A stretch of DNA of 64,000 nucleotides from contig URVV01000003.1 of assembly GCA_900551455.1 (NCBI GenBank), forward strand, positions 13,097 to 77,096. Direction: 5' to 3'. The notes under the pieces were generated by a model. That model ran no database searches. It had not been told where the DNA came from and saw nothing but the letters and a program-made list of their open reading frames with translations. The stretch comes from an uncultured Mycoplasmatota bacterium. Its GTDB lineage: Bacteria; Bacillota_I; Bacilli_A; RF39; UBA660. How positions within the stretch are numbered: position 1 is the stretch's first letter; each line of letters starts with the position of its first letter. Shown piece after piece: positions 46,119 through 54,782 of the stretch. The translations under genes were made by a program, and so were the position numbers.

Positions 46119-47251
46119 ATGCCTGTTTATAAGTATAATAACCCTACTAAAGATGGTAGATGTTGGCTCTTTAGGGTTAACTATAAAGACTCATTAAACA
46201 ATAATCGTAGATATACCAGCAAGAAATATGCTACTAAATTTGAAGCAAAGGAAGCCGAAAGAAAGTTCTTGAACGAATTAGATAATAACTCTAATGTCCC
46301 ATCTAAAATGACTTTAGGCGATCTCTGGGATAAGTATCTTGAATTTCAATCTGATAAAGTTAGAATAAATACTCGTAGGAGCTATATCTATACTCAAGAA
46401 TCATTAAAAATACTATTTAATATTAAGTGTTCCGAGTTCAATATATCTCATTATGATAAATGGAAAGAATACATTGCTGGTATTGATACTATGAAGACTG
46501 TTACAAAAATGACAAACTCAAAGTATTAAAAGCATTTTTAAACTTTGGAGAGAAGCGATATGGTTATAACTTTCATCAAGTGCTATTAAATATGGAAAGA
46601 TTTAAGAATCCTGATGAATTGGTTAAAGAAAAAGTTTATTATGATATCGCTGAATTTGATAAATTTCTAGCTTCTGAAGATGAAGATAGGTATAGGATTC
46701 TATGGGAAACATTGTATTATTGTGGCTTAAGAATTGGAGAAGCTAGAGGCTTGCAATGGAAAGATATTAATTGGGATAATAAAACCTTATGGATTAATAA
46801 ACAAGTTCAGAGTTTAGATAATTACTCTTCTTCTTACTATGTATGTAATTTAAAAACTGCTTCAAGTAATAGAATATTAACTATGTGTGATGCTTTATAT
46901 GAAGATCTTAAAAAGCATTATGACGAGGTTTCTAAATTTAAAAACTTTAAAGATGATTTCTTTATATTTGGTAACGATAAAGGTCTTACTCCACTAACTT
47001 ATAAACAAGCTCAATGAAGAAAAGGAGAAATAGCAAATAAGGCTGGTATTAAAGAAATAAGACTACATGATTTTAGACATAGTTGTGCTTCTTTCTTGGT
47101 TAATAACGGAGCTCCTGTTACTATGGTTTCTAAATATCTTGGACATTCAAATTCAAGTGAAACTTTAAACACTTATTCTCACTTATTTAATACAACATCT
47201 TCTGAAGTAATTAATACAATCAATCGAGCTAGAAATAATGTTGAAAACTAG
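46119..47251 (+). pseudogene. Tyrosine recombinase/integrase, inactivated by a -1 frameshift in an A5 run (46505-46509) and an in-frame TGA (47015-47017)
   Basis: Three colinear pieces: an N-terminal arm/SAM-like part (46119-46529), a core with RIGEARGLQW (46580-47017), and a tail read by me after the TGA as RKGEIANKAGIKEIRLHDFRHSCASFLVNNGAPVTMVSKYLGHSNSSETLNTYSHLF, which holds the catalytic H-x-x-R, H and Y. Confidence 0.8.
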
Positions 47252-47266
47252 CTCTTTTTTGTTAAT

Positions 47267-47291
47267 ATGGCTCTACAAATGGCTCCAGAAT
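47267..47291 (+). repeat. Direct repeat DR-b, copy 2
   Basis: ATGGCTCTACAAATGGCTCCAGAAT lies 16 nt after the integrase stop. Confidence 0.65.
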
Positions 47292-47416
47292 ATAAAATCA
47301 TTGTTTTTAATAAAATAAAAAGACTTAGTTTACCCTTATTTTACTAAGCCTTTTTTAATTTCTTATTATATTTTTGTCCACACCCAACTTGGCATCTATG
47401 CCATTTTTAAAGTATT

Positions 47417-48520
47417 TTATGGTCCTATAAAATTTATTAGCTCAAAACCATTCTTTTTACCATTAATCATCATCTTTTCAAGATAGTCAATAAATCTCTT
47501 ATAAAAATTAATAATATCATCTACATATGGTTGTACCAATTCATTACACTTACTATTTTCTGGTATATTTCTGCTATCAACACGAGAATCTAAATATAAA
47601 ACCCAGCTATAGTTTTCTTTAATGAAATCTAACTTTGGATTGTCATAATCATTTTTCAATAAAGTCATTATTTCCTTTAGCTCTTTAACCATCTCTTCTA
47701 TGTTATCATACGTATAAAAATTGTTAGTTAAATACCATTCAAATTCATCTTTAGCATCACTTCTGTTTTTATTTTCAAGCAAATCAGAATTAAAATATTT
47801 TTTTAATAAAGGATATAAGAATGAATTTACATTCTCCTCTTCAATAGCAATTGCTTCAGCCCACATTTCTTCTACATTATCATTTGCATCTGTATTATCA
47901 TTTACATTTATCACTCTAATTGGAAAAATGTTAAAATAAGAACTTCCACATCCACCCTCGATAATTCTTATCAGACTATTTCCAGCTTCAATTACTTCAA
48001 TATTTTTTTCAAACCAATTATTGTCAGACACTTGATGTGATAAGTTAAAATCCCAAGATGGTAAAGATCCATCATCTTCTAATTCTATATATTTCTTTGG
48101 TTCTGATAAATCAATGCTATCAAATATATAATCATGTTGTTGATTATTAATATGTATTCTAACTCTATATGGTTGTGCATTAAATTTAATTGATGTCATC
48201 AAATCATAATAAGATACATATTCGCCTATACTGAATAAATATGGATCAACAACTTTAATATTCTTTTCAAAGAATCTATCTTCAGTCATATTTAAATCCA
48301 AGTATGGGTCATATTCTTTATAAAAAGTTTCACTTGCAGTTGTTGGAGTAACATAGTAAGTATTATATTTGGAGTTAAATTCAAAAAGCAATTCTCTATC
48401 TTTATCAACTGAAACTAAAACCTTATTTGGTTGTTTATTAGACTTTACTAATAGCATTAAATCGTAATAGGATATCATTTTTTCCACTTTAATCACCTCA
48501 TATTTTATAAGAAGAAACAA
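47417..48520 (-). CDS. Hypothetical protein with an internally duplicated N-terminal domain
   Basis: MISYYDLMLLVKSNKQPNKVLVSV...FFEKNIKVVDP is repeated as YVSYYDLMTSIKFNAQPYRVRIHI...WFEKNIEVIEAG. The likely start is at 48478. Confidence 0.5.
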   Translation of the reverse strand: MFLLIKYEVIKVEKMISYYDLMLLVKSNKQPNKVLVSVDKDRELLFEFNSKYNTYYVTPTTASETFYKEYDPYLDLNMTEDRFFEKNIKVVDPYLFSIGEYVSYYDLMTSIKFNAQPYRVRIHINNQQHDYIFDSIDLSEPKKYIELEDDGSLPSWDFNLSHQVSDNNWFEKNIEVIEAGNSLIRIIEGGCGSSYFNIFPIRVINVNDNTDANDNVEEMWAEAIAIEEENVNSFLYPLLKKYFNSDLLENKNRSDAKDEFEWYLTNNFYTYDNIEEMVKELKEIMTLLKNDYDNPKLDFIKENYSWVLYLDSRVDSRNIPENSKCNELVQPYVDDIINFYKRFIDYLEKMMINGKKNGFELINFIGP

Positions 48521-48963
48521 CTTCCTGAAAAATATTCTTTTTGTTTATCTATTGCTTTTCTTAATTCTTCTATTTTTTTAACTAATTCCTTTTCTCTTTT
48601 ATCTAAATCGTGTTCATCATCGCAAAACCAGTTAATCCATTCTTGTAAATTATTATTAATATCATTATATAAATGCTCACAAAACTCTATCATATTCATA
48701 TGAATGATTTCATAATTAGATTCATTAGGATCTAAAATATCATCTTCATCTGATTCAACAAATAAATGTACATTCCAAAAACTTACTACACAAATTACTC
48801 TCCATGGTTCTAAAAAGCCACGAACTACAAATGGCTTTGTGTTCTTTAATCCATCTATTGCTGATTCTAACCAATCCATAGAAACATCTGTAAGGTAACT
48901 TAATTTATAAGATTCTTTCCCTAATTTAAAATCAGTCCATCCATTTTTAGGTTTACTCAACAT
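48505..48963 (-). CDS. Hypothetical protein
   Basis: A 152-aa ORF overlapping the next gene. I recognised no motif. Confidence 0.45.
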   Translation of the reverse strand: MLSKPKNGWTDFKLGKESYKLSYLTDVSMDWLESAIDGLKNTKPFVVRGFLEPWRVICVVSFWNVHLFVESDEDDILDPNESNYEIIHMNMIEFCEHLYNDINNNLQEWINWFCDDEHDLDKREKELVKKIEELRKAIDKQKEYFSGSCFFL

Positions 48964-49069
48964 AATATCACCAACCTATTACTATTATACCACGAATATT
49001 TACCTTTTTTTAGCCAACCGTACTATATACTTTAAAACAAATAAAATAATATAGCCAAATATTTAAATC

Positions 49070-49088
49070 AAAGTGGCTCCAGAATGGC
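49070..49088 (+). repeat. Direct repeat DR-b, copy 3
   Basis: AAAGTGGCTCCAGAATGGC is identical to 38164-38182. It is followed by the hairpin GCCCC-tatttt-GGGGC plus a T run. Confidence 0.7.
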
Positions 49089-49164
49089 GCCAGCCCCTAT
49101 TTTGGGGCATTTTTTGATAAAAAGAAAAACTCGCGTTTTCCCTTATATTACTTGGGTTTGCGAG

Positions 49165-49209
49165 TTATTTACCACAACATTGTTTATATTTCTTGCCACT
49201 ACCACAAGA
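49165..49209 (-). repeat. SEC-C-motif ORF 3'-end remnant, copy 3 (left att of the ICE)
   Basis: It encodes ...SSCGSGKKYKQCCGK-stop with no gene body upstream. The 27-nt identity to copy 1 is noted above. Confidence 0.7.
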
Positions 49210-49505
49210 ACTATTTTTTCTAGTATTTATAGTATTTATTATATTATCATAACTATTGTTATTTCTTTATTTACTAGACTAATAACAGTTTTTATTTATG
49301 GTATTATCGGTACTATTAGTATTATCTTTTTTTGTGATTTACAAACAAATTACAAACATTGTTTGCATTTGCTTAATCACATTATATAATAACTAATAAT
49401 AATAGTAAAATGTAGGAAATATAAATTTGCAGTTTAGACATAAAATAAAATGTGTCATCATTTATCCAAATATAATTATACACTCTTTTCAAAGAAAAAA
49501 CAATG

Positions 49506-50777
49506 TTACACCTCGTATTTGATTATTTTATTTATAATATCAGAGTTCATAACATTGTCAAAAATAATAGTTGCTTCTTTTCTTGAATCATTGGTACTTG
49601 ATATGTAATAGTTTTCAGTAGTTTCAACATTATTGTGTCCTAATATATCAGCAACATCTCGTAATTCTGTTCCATTCTTTAATATCGTCGTAGCATAACT
49701 TCCTCTTAAATCGTAAAATCTACATTTTGTTATTCCTAATTCATTATGTATAATTTTAAAAGGATAATTTATTAAATCAGTTCCAACATAAGTTCCATCT
49801 TCCTTAACAAAAACTAACTCAATTTTTTGGGAGTTTATATCACTTAAACTACTTTTAACAATTCTTTGTTCAATTTTTTTACCATACTCGTTTACAACAT
49901 CCTCTATATGATAATAATTATAATTTAAACTGCTTATTTTTTTTATATAGTCTTGCCTTTTCTTAAAATTTATTAGAGCATTACATAAAGTTTCACTCAT
50001 ATATATTTTTCTTTTACCTTTGAAAGTTTTTGTTGTGCCTATATACCATCTACCTTTTATATCTTTTGGCTTATCATAGATACTATGTTTAACATCAATT
50101 GTTTTATTCTCAAAATCAATATCATCCCAAGTTAATGCAAATACTTCTCCTGTTCTCATACCGGTAAAACAAGATGTTAAAAAGGCACAAGTAAATGGAC
50201 TATTATCTTTAAATCTTTCAAGTATTCTTTCTATTTCTTCCTTTGAATATAAATGCTTAATATCTTCTTCATATTTATCCATTTTTGGTAATCTTAATTG
50301 TATAGCAGGATCATATTTTATAAGACCATATTTAGTACAAGCATCACGAAAAGATCCTTTTACTACTTTTAATATATTTTTAAAATATGATCTTGAAAAA
50401 TCGTACTCCTCACATAAATTACTAATATATGTATTTAGTCCTACACTTGTTATAGTTGAAAGCTTATACATTCCAATTTTTGGCTTTATATATTTATTTA
50501 TTAGTGATTTGTAAGATTGTATTGTATTATATTTAAGATTAACCTTACAATAATTTTCTAACCAATAATCTAAATAATCACTATAAGATATATTACATTC
50601 CTTAAAAGGTACACCAGCTGTTTTATATTCATTATATGCTTTATTACCTGCCTCAATAGCTTCTGACTTAGTTCTAAATCCTGATTTGTTTATATATTTT
50701 CTTTTACCATTAACAGGTGCAATAGCAAACTGATATTGATATACCTTCCCTCTTTTCTGTATATAGACATTACCCAT
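49506..50777 (-). CDS. int: Tyrosine integrase (Tn916 Int-like, with N-terminal arm-binding domain)
   Basis: N-terminus MGNVYIQKRGKVYQYQF...GFRTKSEA (AP2-like arm binder). The catalytic region has GMRTGEVFAL, YDLRGSYAT and LGHNNVETTENYY. Confidence 0.9.
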   Translation of the reverse strand: MGNVYIQKRGKVYQYQFAIAPVNGKRKYINKSGFRTKSEAIEAGNKAYNEYKTAGVPFKECNISYSDYLDYWLENYCKVNLKYNTIQSYKSLINKYIKPKIGMYKLSTITSVGLNTYISNLCEEYDFSRSYFKNILKVVKGSFRDACTKYGLIKYDPAIQLRLPKMDKYEEDIKHLYSKEEIERILERFKDNSPFTCAFLTSCFTGMRTGEVFALTWDDIDFENKTIDVKHSIYDKPKDIKGRWYIGTTKTFKGKRKIYMSETLCNALINFKKRQDYIKKISSLNYNYYHIEDVVNEYGKKIEQRIVKSSLSDINSQKIELVFVKEDGTYVGTDLINYPFKIIHNELGITKCRFYDLRGSYATTILKNGTELRDVADILGHNNVETTENYYISSTNDSRKEATIIFDNVMNSDIINKIIKYEV

Positions 50778-50780
50778 TTA

Positions 50781-51008
50781 TTACTTGATTTTTATAGATA
50801 AATCCAAATTATCAACATTTGATAAATTAGAAAAATCTTTTCCCTCATTTTCTTTTAAAAAGTTTTCTAATGAAGATTTTAAAACTTTAACACTACCCAA
50901 CTTAATAGCTGGTAAGTATCCTTTTTCTATCAAACTATAAACATAATTAGGGCTAGTATGTAATATTTTTGCAACTTCTTTAACACTATAAATTAACATA
51001 TTTTCCAT
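50781..51008 (-). CDS. xis: Excisionase / HTH_17 DNA-binding protein
   Basis: YSVKEVAKILHTSPNYVYSLIEKGYLPAIKLG; it lies directly upstream of int. Confidence 0.75.
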   Translation of the reverse strand: MENMLIYSVKEVAKILHTSPNYVYSLIEKGYLPAIKLGSVKVLKSSLENFLKENEGKDFSNLSNVDNLDLSIKIK

Positions 51009-51009
51009 T

Positions 51010-51195
51010 TTAAGCTCCTTTAATTTTTCTTCTTATTTTTTTAATTTTAACTTTTAAATCTTTTTTAACATAAGGCATATCAAGTAATTTAGTTTCATTA
51101 ATAATGTAATCTAATTGTTCCATCACTCCTTTTTTATCTTTACCATCTAAATCAAAGACATATTTTTTTATTACTATAACCTTATATCTTTCCAT
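51010..51195 (-). CDS. Small hypothetical protein
   Basis: 61 aa, tightly packed between the neighbouring genes (in the Tn916 orf5-like position). Confidence 0.45.
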   Translation of the reverse strand: MERYKVIVIKKYVFDLDGKDKKGVMEQLDYIINETKLLDMPYVKKDLKVKIKKIRRKIKGA

Positions 51196-51397
51196 TATTA
51201 ACCTTTACTAACATTTCTTTATTATTTATTTCAATTACATAATAGTATTTAGTAATATTATTTATATCTATATCCTTTAAATCAGAGTTAAATAACTCCC
51301 TTGCTTTATTCATAGCATCTTTCTTATTTTTAGCACTTACTACTATTTCATTTTCACTTACTTTTTTAAATTTTATATTATATTCTTTTTCTTTCAT
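51182..51397 (-). CDS. Small hypothetical protein
   Basis: 71 aa with AAAGGA about 11 nt upstream. It overlaps the next ORF by 14 nt. Confidence 0.5.
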   Translation of the reverse strand: MKEKEYNIKFKKVSENEIVVSAKNKKDAMNKARELFNSDLKDIDINNITKYYYVIEINNKEMLVKVNNGKI

Positions 51398-51721
51398 TTT
51401 TTATTTTTCCTTTCTTATTTATGTATTAGAATTATACTCACTCCCCTAATACAGGGACTTAACAAACGACTAATTGCTAATTAGTTCCATAGGAATTTCA
51501 CCTCTCTGTGGTTCTCACAGAGTTGAGCCCATTGATTGAGTCTGTGGCTACTCAAAAGTATCATTATACTCATTACTTGTTATCGCAGTATTAAGAGCAA
51601 CTTAATATTTATAGTCAAGTATTTACCGACAAGCGTACTTACTAATGTGCTAACCGTTTTCAGTTATAATGAGAATGTATTTGTTAAGTGATTAACCAAA
51701 TTGTCAAAGATCAATTAGTTT

Positions 51722-51773
51722 CAAAAAAATGAAACAAGTGAGAAAGAATAATATTTACTCCTCTCACTTGTTT
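51722..51773 (-). terminator. Rho-independent terminator after the sigma-like gene
   Basis: A perfect 12-bp stem AAACAAGTGAGA / TCTCACTTGTTT, followed on the minus strand by T7. Confidence 0.7.
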
Positions 51774-51799
51774 GGCACTTTATAAGCAAAAAGTTAAGT

Positions 51800-52276
51800 C
51801 TAAATTTTAATTTTTTTAGAAATTTTTTCAAGAGCTATATCAATAGAGTATTTTACTGCGACTTTTGAACAGTTTTCTTCACTAGCTATTTCCTCATAAG
51901 TTTTATTCTCAAAGAAGTATTTTTGTATTCTTCTTTTCTGAATATCATTTAATTTGTTTATAGCACTTTTTAAGTCCTCACTTAATAATTTATACTCTAC
52001 TTCATCTTCAACTGAAATAGAGGCATTTATTGACTTATGAAAGAGTGTTTCCTCATATACTTCATTTCTTTCTATATATTTTTTGATTTTATGAATTTGT
52101 GAAATATCTTCAAGTTCAAATCTATCAAATGCTTCATATACTTTCTCTGATACTTCTACTCTATGAATAATGTTTTTTGTATCCTTAAACTCTACTATAT
52201 AAGTATTTGTTTCTTCATCAATATCCAATGTATATGGATTATATTTATCTTTATTTCTATTTAAATGCTTTTGCAT
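51800..52276 (-). CDS. ICE-type sigma-70 region-4-like regulator (Tn916 Orf7 / Tn1549-like)
   Basis: The C-terminal LNDIQKRRIQKYFFENKTYEEIASEENCSKVAVKYSIDIALEKI is a region-4 HTH. The N-terminal YIVEFKD...HRVEVSEKVYEAFDRFELED is typical of conjugative-transposon sigma-like proteins. Confidence 0.7.
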   Translation of the reverse strand: MQKHLNRNKDKYNPYTLDIDEETNTYIVEFKDTKNIIHRVEVSEKVYEAFDRFELEDISQIHKIKKYIERNEVYEETLFHKSINASISVEDEVEYKLLSEDLKSAINKLNDIQKRRIQKYFFENKTYEEIASEENCSKVAVKYSIDIALEKISKKIKI

Positions 52277-52674
52277 TTCTATCCTCCTATCAATTCAAAT
52301 TTTTAAAATTCAAATTGATATGGAGGTCCACGAATAAAATTATTTGCTTTGATTAAACAAAAAAAGATGTCAAAAATATCCCATAAACGAATATCTTTGA
52401 CATCCTCTTTTATTATAAAATCAATTTTTTTTACTACTATAATTTCATAGTATATCTTCATAGCACCACCACTCTTCAAACAATGCTTAATTACAAATTC
52501 CATAAGCAATTAGAGGTGGTACTTCCTACATTTCTGTATAATTTTCCTACTTATAACATAATTAAGATTGTACTTATTTTTCTACATATTTTTCACACTT
52601 CCTAAAAAAATAAGCAGTAATAACTTTTGTCATTACTGCTTATAGATTTTCATTTAATTTAACTTATTATTTAA

Positions 52675-52947
52675 TTAGTTAATTTTAGTTTTTAATTCAG
52701 TTCCTGCTTTAAAACTAACTGACTTACTAGCTGCAATTTTAATTTTTTCCCCTGTTTGAGGATTTCTTCCTTCTCTTGCTGATCTTTCAGAAATCTTAAA
52801 TACACCAAATCCTGAAACTGAAACTTTTTCACCTTTTGCTAATTCATCTTTAAATAAATCAAAAGTTGCATTAAAAACTTTTTCACAATCTGCTTTTGTT
52901 AATCCTGTTTTATTTGCTAAAACTTCTATCATTTCTGATTTTTTCAT
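52675..52947 (-). CDS. hup: HU-family nucleoid-associated DNA-binding protein
   Basis: MKKSEMIEVLANKTGLTKADCEKVFNA...GFGVFKISERSAREGRNPQTGEKIKIAASK is near-consensus HU; 90 aa. Confidence 0.9.
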   Translation of the reverse strand: MKKSEMIEVLANKTGLTKADCEKVFNATFDLFKDELAKGEKVSVSGFGVFKISERSAREGRNPQTGEKIKIAASKSVSFKAGTELKTKIN

Positions 52948-53109
52948 TCTATCTTACCTCCTAACCTACAATTTAATTATATCACAATAATTTAGTTTTC
53001 CTATTATTTTATAACAAGATTCATAAAAAAAGTATTAAAACAAATGAAATACTGTAATTTTGGTGTTATAATGGAATTGGCACATAAAAAAAGAATACTA
53101 TTAGCATTC

Positions 53110-53385
53110 TTATCGTCTAGGTATTCGGTGATTAGTTACGGTTGGTCTTTCTATAAATAAATCTTCAATAGAAACGCCAAGAGTATCAGCAATATGACCT
53201 ATATAATCAATCCTCGTATTTCTTTTAGCATTTTCTAAACCAGAAACATAAGTAGGAGTTGTCCCAAGTTCATCGGCAAAATCTTCTTGTGACCAATTCT
53301 TCTTAATTCTAAAATAGACAATATTATTTGCTAGAATCTTACGAGCATGATTTTCATAATAATTTTTGCTCTTAATAATCATCAC
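53110..53385 (-). CDS. XRE-family HTH regulator (Tn916 Orf9-like role)
   Basis: The HTH_3 is LANNIVYFRIKKNWSQEDFADELGTTPTYVSGLENAKRN. Confidence 0.75.
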   Translation of the reverse strand: MMIIKSKNYYENHARKILANNIVYFRIKKNWSQEDFADELGTTPTYVSGLENAKRNTRIDYIGHIADTLGVSIEDLFIERPTVTNHRIPRR

Positions 53386-53397
53386 TTCCTTACTCTT

Positions 53398-53460
53398 AAC
53401 TTACTACTATTGTAATAAGTTATGTAATATTTAACCATACTAACTATGTAGTAAGTTATG
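53398..53460. promoter_or_regulatory. Three copies of a 10-13 nt motif (GTA[AG]TAAGTTATG) in the divergent promoter region; candidate operators
   Basis: AACTTACTAC (53398-53407) is the inverted form. GTAATAAGTTATG (53412-53424) and GTAGTAAGTTATG (53448-53460) are direct copies. Confidence 0.5.
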
Positions 53461-53550
53461 GCTAATATATTATATTACAAGGAAAAAAATTGACGAAATA
53501 TGTGTGTGTAAGAAAGTAGGTAGATTAGAAAAAAGGAGCTAATAATTAAT

Positions 53551-54075
53551 ATGAAAACAAAAACTAATAATGAAGCAGTAAACGAAACAATCACTTTTTT
53601 TGATAAAAAAATAAATAATGTAATAGATGTATTATACAATTATAGTCTATTAAATAATCTTCCAGAGTGCATAAAACTTGATAAGAATACACAAAAACAG
53701 ATTATTGAAGATACAATTAACTATTATCTAACTAAAATTGAATCTTTGAATATGGACGATATAGAGAAGAAATATTATGATATTCAAGAGGTAACAGATT
53801 ATTTTAGTTATTCATTTAACAAAAAACTAAAAGAAAAAGATAAACATATATTTAATGAAATTGAAGATAATGGAGAATGTATTGCTGATGATTTAATAAA
53901 AAAATTATTTATGAAAGATGATAGAAATATCAAAGCACCTGTCAAATATGATACATTAAAGCGATATTGTATATCAAATCTATTAAAAGACGAAGATGTT
54001 GATAAAGCATTTTTATGGATTATTTTAAAATTATCAGTTACATACAATTTTATGACAAATAAATTAACTGATTAA
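53551..54075 (+). CDS. Hypothetical protein
   Basis: AAAGGAG lies 12 nt upstream. This is the only plus-strand gene in this part of the ICE. Confidence 0.45.
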   Translation: MKTKTNNEAVNETITFFDKKINNVIDVLYNYSLLNNLPECIKLDKNTQKQIIEDTINYYLTKIESLNMDDIEKKYYDIQEVTDYFSYSFNKKLKEKDKHIFNEIEDNGECIADDLIKKLFMKDDRNIKAPVKYDTLKRYCISNLLKDEDVDKAFLWIILKLSVTYNFMTNKLTD

Positions 54076-54128
54076 ATTATGTAGTAGTATGCAGTAAATT
54101 AGCAGTAAAAAAATCCTACTTTCTAAAC

Positions 54129-54206
54129 AAAAAAATTAAAGAGAGCAACAAAGCTCTCCCTTTTAGTATGCAGGTTTCCAATAACCGAATATTACTTTCC
54201 TATTTA
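54129..54206 (-). repeat. Duplicated copy of the CHAP-hydrolase gene 3' end plus terminator (remnant)
   Basis: About 85% identical by eye to 58775-58852. It encodes ...KVIFGYWKPAY-stop (the intact gene ends KVIFGYGTPAY-stop) followed by the hairpin AGAGAGC-aacaaa-GCTCTCC. Confidence 0.7.
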
Positions 54207-54209
54207 TAT

Positions 54210-54695
54210 TTAATTTCTATTGATAATAAACTCAACGGCTACATTAAAAGATTTGTATTTTCCCTCTTCGTATTCATAATTAATTCCTTTTATGATTCTA
54301 TAAGTACCTTTTGAAAGTTTACCATATTCATTTTCCCAATTAAGTTCAATTTCTTTGCTTTCTTTTGGCAATAGGTGAAATGCGGGTAAAGTAAAATTCA
54401 ATTCCACATTTATTTTATGCCATTCTCCATCTTTTTTAATTTCTATTTCATACGGATTTCCATATTGAAAATTTTTATCACTATTATTAGTTAAAATTAA
54501 AGTTGCACTTTTATTTGTTAATGTTCCTTCTTTAATAGTCATTATAACATCATTTTGTGAAATCTTAATATCAGACTTATTTCCAATATCAAATTCTTTT
54601 TTTGACTTTCCGCAACCAGTCATTCCTAAAACCACACCTATACACACCAAAGCAATCAATATAATGTGTTTCATAATCTTTTTCCTCCATTTCAC
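54210..54695 (-). CDS. Lipoprotein with an Ig-like beta-sandwich domain (hypothetical)
   Basis: Lipobox VLGMTG/CGKS. The pattern TLILTNNSDKNFQYGNPYEIEIKKDGEWHKI...LLPKESKEIELNW is typical of small bacterial Ig-like domains. Confidence 0.55.
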   Translation of the reverse strand: MKWRKKIMKHIILIALVCIGVVLGMTGCGKSKKEFDIGNKSDIKISQNDVIMTIKEGTLTNKSATLILTNNSDKNFQYGNPYEIEIKKDGEWHKINVELNFTLPAFHLLPKESKEIELNWENEYGKLSKGTYRIIKGINYEYEEGKYKSFNVAVEFIINRN

Positions 54696-54782
54696 TTATT
54701 TTCAATACATAATGTATTATATTATTTTACTATAATTTTTACAGTTGAATAGAGATTCACTTAATTGTGAATCTCTGATATA

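Larger units (their letters stand above)
38155..47291. mobile_element. Decayed integrative element B (PICI/prophage-remnant-like) carrying a Type III R-M system
   Basis: It is flanked by direct repeats GTGGCTCTAAAAGTGGCTCCAGAATGG (38155) and ATGGCTCTACAAATGGCTCCAGAAT (47267). A tyrosine integrase pseudogene ends 16 nt from the right repeat. The element carries a CI-like repressor, a replisome organiser and an R-M cargo. Confidence 0.6.

Noticed and set aside
47015-47017. In-frame TGA in the integrase as evidence for an alternative genetic code (TGA = Trp or Gly) or selenocysteine
   Set aside because: TGA is used as a genuine stop in host genes in this window (ABC ATPase at 23580, GntR at 24257, both in ATGA overlaps giving normal protein C-termini). 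No SECIS-like context was noticed. The same gene also carries a frameshift, so a nonsense mutation is the simpler reading.
49084-49389. 101-aa hydrophobic plus-strand ORF
   Set aside because: It spans DR-b copy 3, a terminator hairpin, the SEC-C remnant and the AT-rich arm-site-like region. It has no RBS. Its hydrophobicity is an artefact of T-rich DNA.
52303-52509. 68-aa minus-strand ORF between the sigma-like gene and HU
   Set aside because: It has no convincing RBS and no motif. It could correspond to a Tn916 orf8-like small gene, but the evidence is insufficient.
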